Below, piece after piece: positions 46,696 to 49,837 of a DNA stretch of 49,837 nt. The position numbers and the translations under genes were made by a program. Origin of the DNA: a bacterium (GTDB lineage Bacteria > Blakebacterota > Blakebacteria > Blakebacterales > Blakebacteraceae); contig JALGVQ010000003.1 of assembly GCA_025774615.1 (NCBI GenBank), positions 1 through 49,837 on the forward strand. Direction: 5' to 3'. Below the pieces are notes generated by a model, which saw nothing but the letters and a program-made list of their open reading frames with translations, had not been told where the DNA came from and did not search any database. Each line of letters opens with the position of its first letter. Position 1 is the first letter of the stretch.

Positions 46696-48192
46696 ATGAA
46701 TCGCGGTCTGAAATGGGTTCTGGCCTTCATCGGCCTGGCTCTTCTGCTTTATATCCGTACGAACACCGATCTGATCAGCCGGGTTCCCGGGGAGAACGAT
46801 TTCGGGGTCTGGTCGATCGTTCCAGCCGCGATCACCCTGGTCCTCTGTTTCATCACCAAAGAGGTGGTCTCGGCATTATTCCTCGGCATCGTGGCTGGAG
46901 GAATCGTAAGCGGGCAGTTCAATATCATCGCCGATTTCCTCCTTCCGGCAGTGGGCACGGAATCGTTCGCCCAGATACTGCTGGTCTACCTCTGGTGTCT
47001 CGGAGGGTTGATCGGCCTCTGGACCAGGACCGGGGGGGCGCAGCACTTCTCTCGCTGGCTGGGGGAACGGATCGTGAAGGGGCGCCGGAGCGCCAAGCTG
47101 TTCGGCTGCATGATCGGGACCCTCTTCCACCAGGGCGGTACGGTCAGCACCATCCTGGCCGGCAGTACGGTCCGACCGGTCTGTGACGAAGCGGGGGTCT
47201 CACACGAGGAACTCTCCTACATCATCGACTCGACTGCATCGCCGATAGCCACCGTGATCCCCTTCAATGTCTGGCCCGCCTACGTGGCCGGGCTTGTGGC
47301 TGGCACCATCCCTCTTCTGGCCGACGCGCAACTCTCCCAGGCGTTCTTCTACAAGGCCATTCCGTTCAATTTCTACGGGATCTTCGCCGTCGTGTTCACC
47401 TATACCTTCGCGCTCGGAGTGAACCCGTTCGTGTTCGGCAAGATGAAGCGGGCGATTGAACGGGTGAAGGAGACGGGGGAACTCGACCACCCGGACGCCC
47501 ATACCATGTCGAGCAGGGAATTGAGCGAGCTGAAGATCCCGCACGGATACCGGCCCGGCAATATCGACTTCGTCATCCCGATCGGCACTCTTCTGGCGGT
47601 CGCGATCATCCCCTACATCATGGGCAAGGGTGTCCCCATCAACGAAGCTTTCTCCCTGGCGGTCATCTCGGCGATGCTCGTCGCGCTCATGAAAGGGATG
47701 CGGCTGGGTGAGGTGATTGATGGATTCATCGACGGGGTGAAGGGGGTGACGCTGGGAGCGATCATCCTGGCGTTTGCAGTCACCCTTGGTCAGGTCTCCA
47801 ATTCCCTGGGGACGGCGAATTTCCTGATCCGTACCACCGCGGAGATAATCGTTCCATTCCTGCTGCCGGCGATCCTCATGGTCATCTGCATGGTGACCGC
47901 CTTCGCGGTCGGATCATCATGGGGTACCTACGCGGTCGTCTTTCCGATAGCCATGCCGCTTGCCTGGGCAGTCAATCCCGATCCGCTCTTCATCACTCTC
48001 TGTTTCGGCGCGGTGCTGGGAGGGGCTGTGTACGGAGACCAGTGCTCACCGATCAGTGACACGACTATCCTCTCGAGTCTGGCGACCGGCTCTGATCATA
48101 TGGATCACGTCACCACACAGATGCCGATCGCGACGATCGCCGCCGGGTTCGGCGCGGTACTCTATACCGCTATCGCACTTATCTGGACCTGA
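46696..48192 (+). CDS. Na+/H+ antiporter NhaC family protein
   Basis: EELSYIIDSTASP, GSSWGT, GAVYGDQCSPISDTTILSS, HV.TQ.P. Confidence 0.9.
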   Translation: MNRGLKWVLAFIGLALLLYIRTNTDLISRVPGENDFGVWSIVPAAITLVLCFITKEVVSALFLGIVAGGIVSGQFNIIADFLLPAVGTESFAQILLVYLWCLGGLIGLWTRTGGAQHFSRWLGERIVKGRRSAKLFGCMIGTLFHQGGTVSTILAGSTVRPVCDEAGVSHEELSYIIDSTASPIATVIPFNVWPAYVAGLVAGTIPLLADAQLSQAFFYKAIPFNFYGIFAVVFTYTFALGVNPFVFGKMKRAIERVKETGELDHPDAHTMSSRELSELKIPHGYRPGNIDFVIPIGTLLAVAIIPYIMGKGVPINEAFSLAVISAMLVALMKGMRLGEVIDGFIDGVKGVTLGAIILAFAVTLGQVSNSLGTANFLIRTTAEIIVPFLLPAILMVICMVTAFAVGSSWGTYAVVFPIAMPLAWAVNPDPLFITLCFGAVLGGAVYGDQCSPISDTTILSSLATGSDHMDHVTTQMPIATIAAGFGAVLYTAIALIWT

Positions 48193-48208
48193 GAAACAAA
48201 GCGGTCGA

Positions 48209-49543
48209 TCACCACGTATCCTTTGCAGGAACGGCCAGCTCACCTTCGGTTTTTGCCACCAGCATCGCGCACACCGTATCACCGGTGACGTTCACTGCTG
48301 TCCTGGTCATATCGAGTATCCGTTCAACACCCACGACGAAGGCGATCCATTCGAGCGGGATGCCCAGCTGGGTAAGCACCAGTGTCAGGGTGATCATGCC
48401 GATCCCCGGGACTCCGGCTGCTCCGATCGAAGCGAGGGTTGCCATCACGATCACCGTCAGCAGATCCATCACGCCGAGGGTCAAGCCGGCGACCTGGGCG
48501 ATGAATATGACACTCACCCCCTGGTAGATCGCCGTTCCGTTCATGTTGATGGTGGCACCAAGGGGCAGAACGAAGGAAGCAACCTCTTTCGATACTCCGA
48601 GGTCCTCCTCGGAGACCTGCAGGTTGAGCGGCAGTGTCGCGTTGCTCGAAGAGGTGGTGAAGGCGAAGATGAACACCTCATAGAATCGCTTGAAGAAGAG
48701 TACCGGCGAAACTCCGATGGAACGGAGGACGATCGGATAGACGGTCACGGTGAACAGGACCATCGTACCGATGGCGATCGAGACATACTTGAGCAGTGTC
48801 AGGAGCATTCCGTATCCGAATTCAGCAGCCTGGGACGCAATGAGCGCGAACACACCGATCGGAGCGACCTTCATGACAAGCTTCACCATCATGATCATCA
48901 CGTCGTTCACTCCCTGCAGGACATCAAGGAGCGGTTTTCGCTGCCTCTCCTCGAGCAGGGTCATGGTGATACCGAAGAGGAGCGCGAAGAAGATGATCCC
49001 GAGGAAGTCGGTATCGGCCATTGCCTTGAACGGGTTCCTCGGGATGATCCGGACGATGAATTCCCCGATGGAGCTCTTCTCCCGCTGGGCAATCGCCTGA
49101 TCGACCCGCGAGGTGGCATCTTCAGCGTACTGGGAAACGATCTGGTCCTTGACGCTCTCGTCCATCCCCTTCCCCGGGCCGAGCAGGAGACCTGCTCCCA
49201 GTCCCAATCCGACAGCGATGGCAGTTGCCAGCAGGTAGAAGGTGACCGTCTTCAGACCGATTCGCCCCAGTTTCCGCAGATCACCCAGACTCGCGGTACC
49301 GATGATCAACGAAGCCATGATCAGGGGAACGACCACCATCACGAGCAGGTTGATGAAGGCATTTCCGAGCGGCTTGATCGCCACGGCGACCTGACCGAGC
49401 ATCGGACCGGTAAGAGCTCCCAGCAGAAGCGCCACGAGTATCTGTGTATGAAGCGGTATACCCTTCAGTCTCTGGCCGAAGGATTTCCGTTCCTCAGGTG
49501 TCTCTTTCTCTCTGCCGGTCTCTTCTGCTGCCATCAGTTCCAT
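48209..49543 (-). CDS. Dicarboxylate/amino acid:cation symporter (DAACS, GltP-like)
   Basis: AFTTSSSNATLP, LPLGATINMNGT, ASIGAAGVPG, ERILDMTRTAVNVTGD. Confidence 0.95.
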   Translation of the reverse strand: MELMAAEETGREKETPEERKSFGQRLKGIPLHTQILVALLLGALTGPMLGQVAVAIKPLGNAFINLLVMVVVPLIMASLIIGTASLGDLRKLGRIGLKTVTFYLLATAIAVGLGLGAGLLLGPGKGMDESVKDQIVSQYAEDATSRVDQAIAQREKSSIGEFIVRIIPRNPFKAMADTDFLGIIFFALLFGITMTLLEERQRKPLLDVLQGVNDVMIMMVKLVMKVAPIGVFALIASQAAEFGYGMLLTLLKYVSIAIGTMVLFTVTVYPIVLRSIGVSPVLFFKRFYEVFIFAFTTSSSNATLPLNLQVSEEDLGVSKEVASFVLPLGATINMNGTAIYQGVSVIFIAQVAGLTLGVMDLLTVIVMATLASIGAAGVPGIGMITLTLVLTQLGIPLEWIAFVVGVERILDMTRTAVNVTGDTVCAMLVAKTEGELAVPAKDTW

Positions 49544-49628
49544 CCTCTCTGATCATTGCGGGCATGAGGAGTACGGTGGACTTCTCTAACACCACCCACC
49601 TCTGACTGCAAGGAGAAAGAGATCGGGT

Positions 49629-49668
49629 GACATGACACAAGGATAATACCGGAACGGGGTGTCATGCC
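49629..49668 (-). terminator. Hairpin after SNase gene (possible terminator)
   Basis: ggcatgacac...gtgtcatgtc inverted repeat just after the stop, followed by a pyrimidine-rich tract. Confidence 0.4.
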
Positions 49669-49669
49669 T

Positions 49670-49837
49670 TCACGGGCAGGCTCCGGGGTGCCACAGACCC
49701 CGTCGTGCCGCCTGCGCCTGTGCCGCGGCAAGCCTGAGGCGCTCGCGCCACCTGACTGAGTCTCCCGCGTGGAATCTGGCATACCCCTCACGCAGCAGAA
49801 CCTCGTTCAGAAATCTCTCTCCATCCCACAGATAGGC
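49670..49837 (-). CDS. Thermonuclease (SNase-like), C-terminal part only
   Basis: Manual translation AYLWDGERFLNEVLLREGYARF...AQAARRGLW matches the SNase C-terminal consensus (AY...N..L...G.A...A.....GLW). Confidence 0.85.
   Translation of the reverse strand, partial: AYLWDGERFLNEVLLREGYARFHAGDSVRWRERLRLAAAQAQAARRGLWHPGACP

Noticed and set aside
49544-49837. Possible glycine or other riboswitch upstream of the DAACS transporter
   Set aside because: Most of the region is SNase coding sequence, and no glycine-aptamer consensus is visible.

Overview
A roughly 60% GC, gene-dense bacterial chromosomal window with about 46 CDS. I found no rRNA, tRNA, CRISPR array, prophage or transposase. The organism is diderm (TonB receptor, MCE system, outer-membrane barrels, lipoproteins). 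The Gld-like ABC genes, secreted FecR cluster and 'LMGGP...NSTGLG' STAS protein are compatible with an FCB-group lineage, but that is inference only. Left to right: a secreted FecR / Ig-like protein cluster; an MlaE-MlaF-MlaD operon whose only ATPase has lost its catalytic motifs, coupled to a metal TIM-barrel enzyme and an MscS-cNMP channel; a multi-GAF diguanylate cyclase; CoA-binding protein, MATE, SDR and DUF355 genes; a TetR-controlled YbhGFSR-type efflux operon with a clear operator; a ~12 kb minus-strand run (transglutaminase-like protein, ABC ATPase, permease, lipoprotein, GldA/F/G-like, DUF4340, Yip1, secreted glycoside hydrolase); a Ycf46-like AAA ATPase; a GGR-family flavoprotein; cobalamin riboswitch plus btuB; orphan membrane proteins; DUF917; a SPOR lipoprotein; an M1 peptidase with a membrane partner; Lrp-RAM, STAS, NhaC and DAACS genes; and a partial SNase. 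The best candidates for undescribed biology are the transglutaminase-ABC export module and its superoperon, the dead-ATPase MCE / cNMP-channel / FecR island, and a dispersed structured intergenic repeat. All family calls come from motif recognition by eye, with no database searches.
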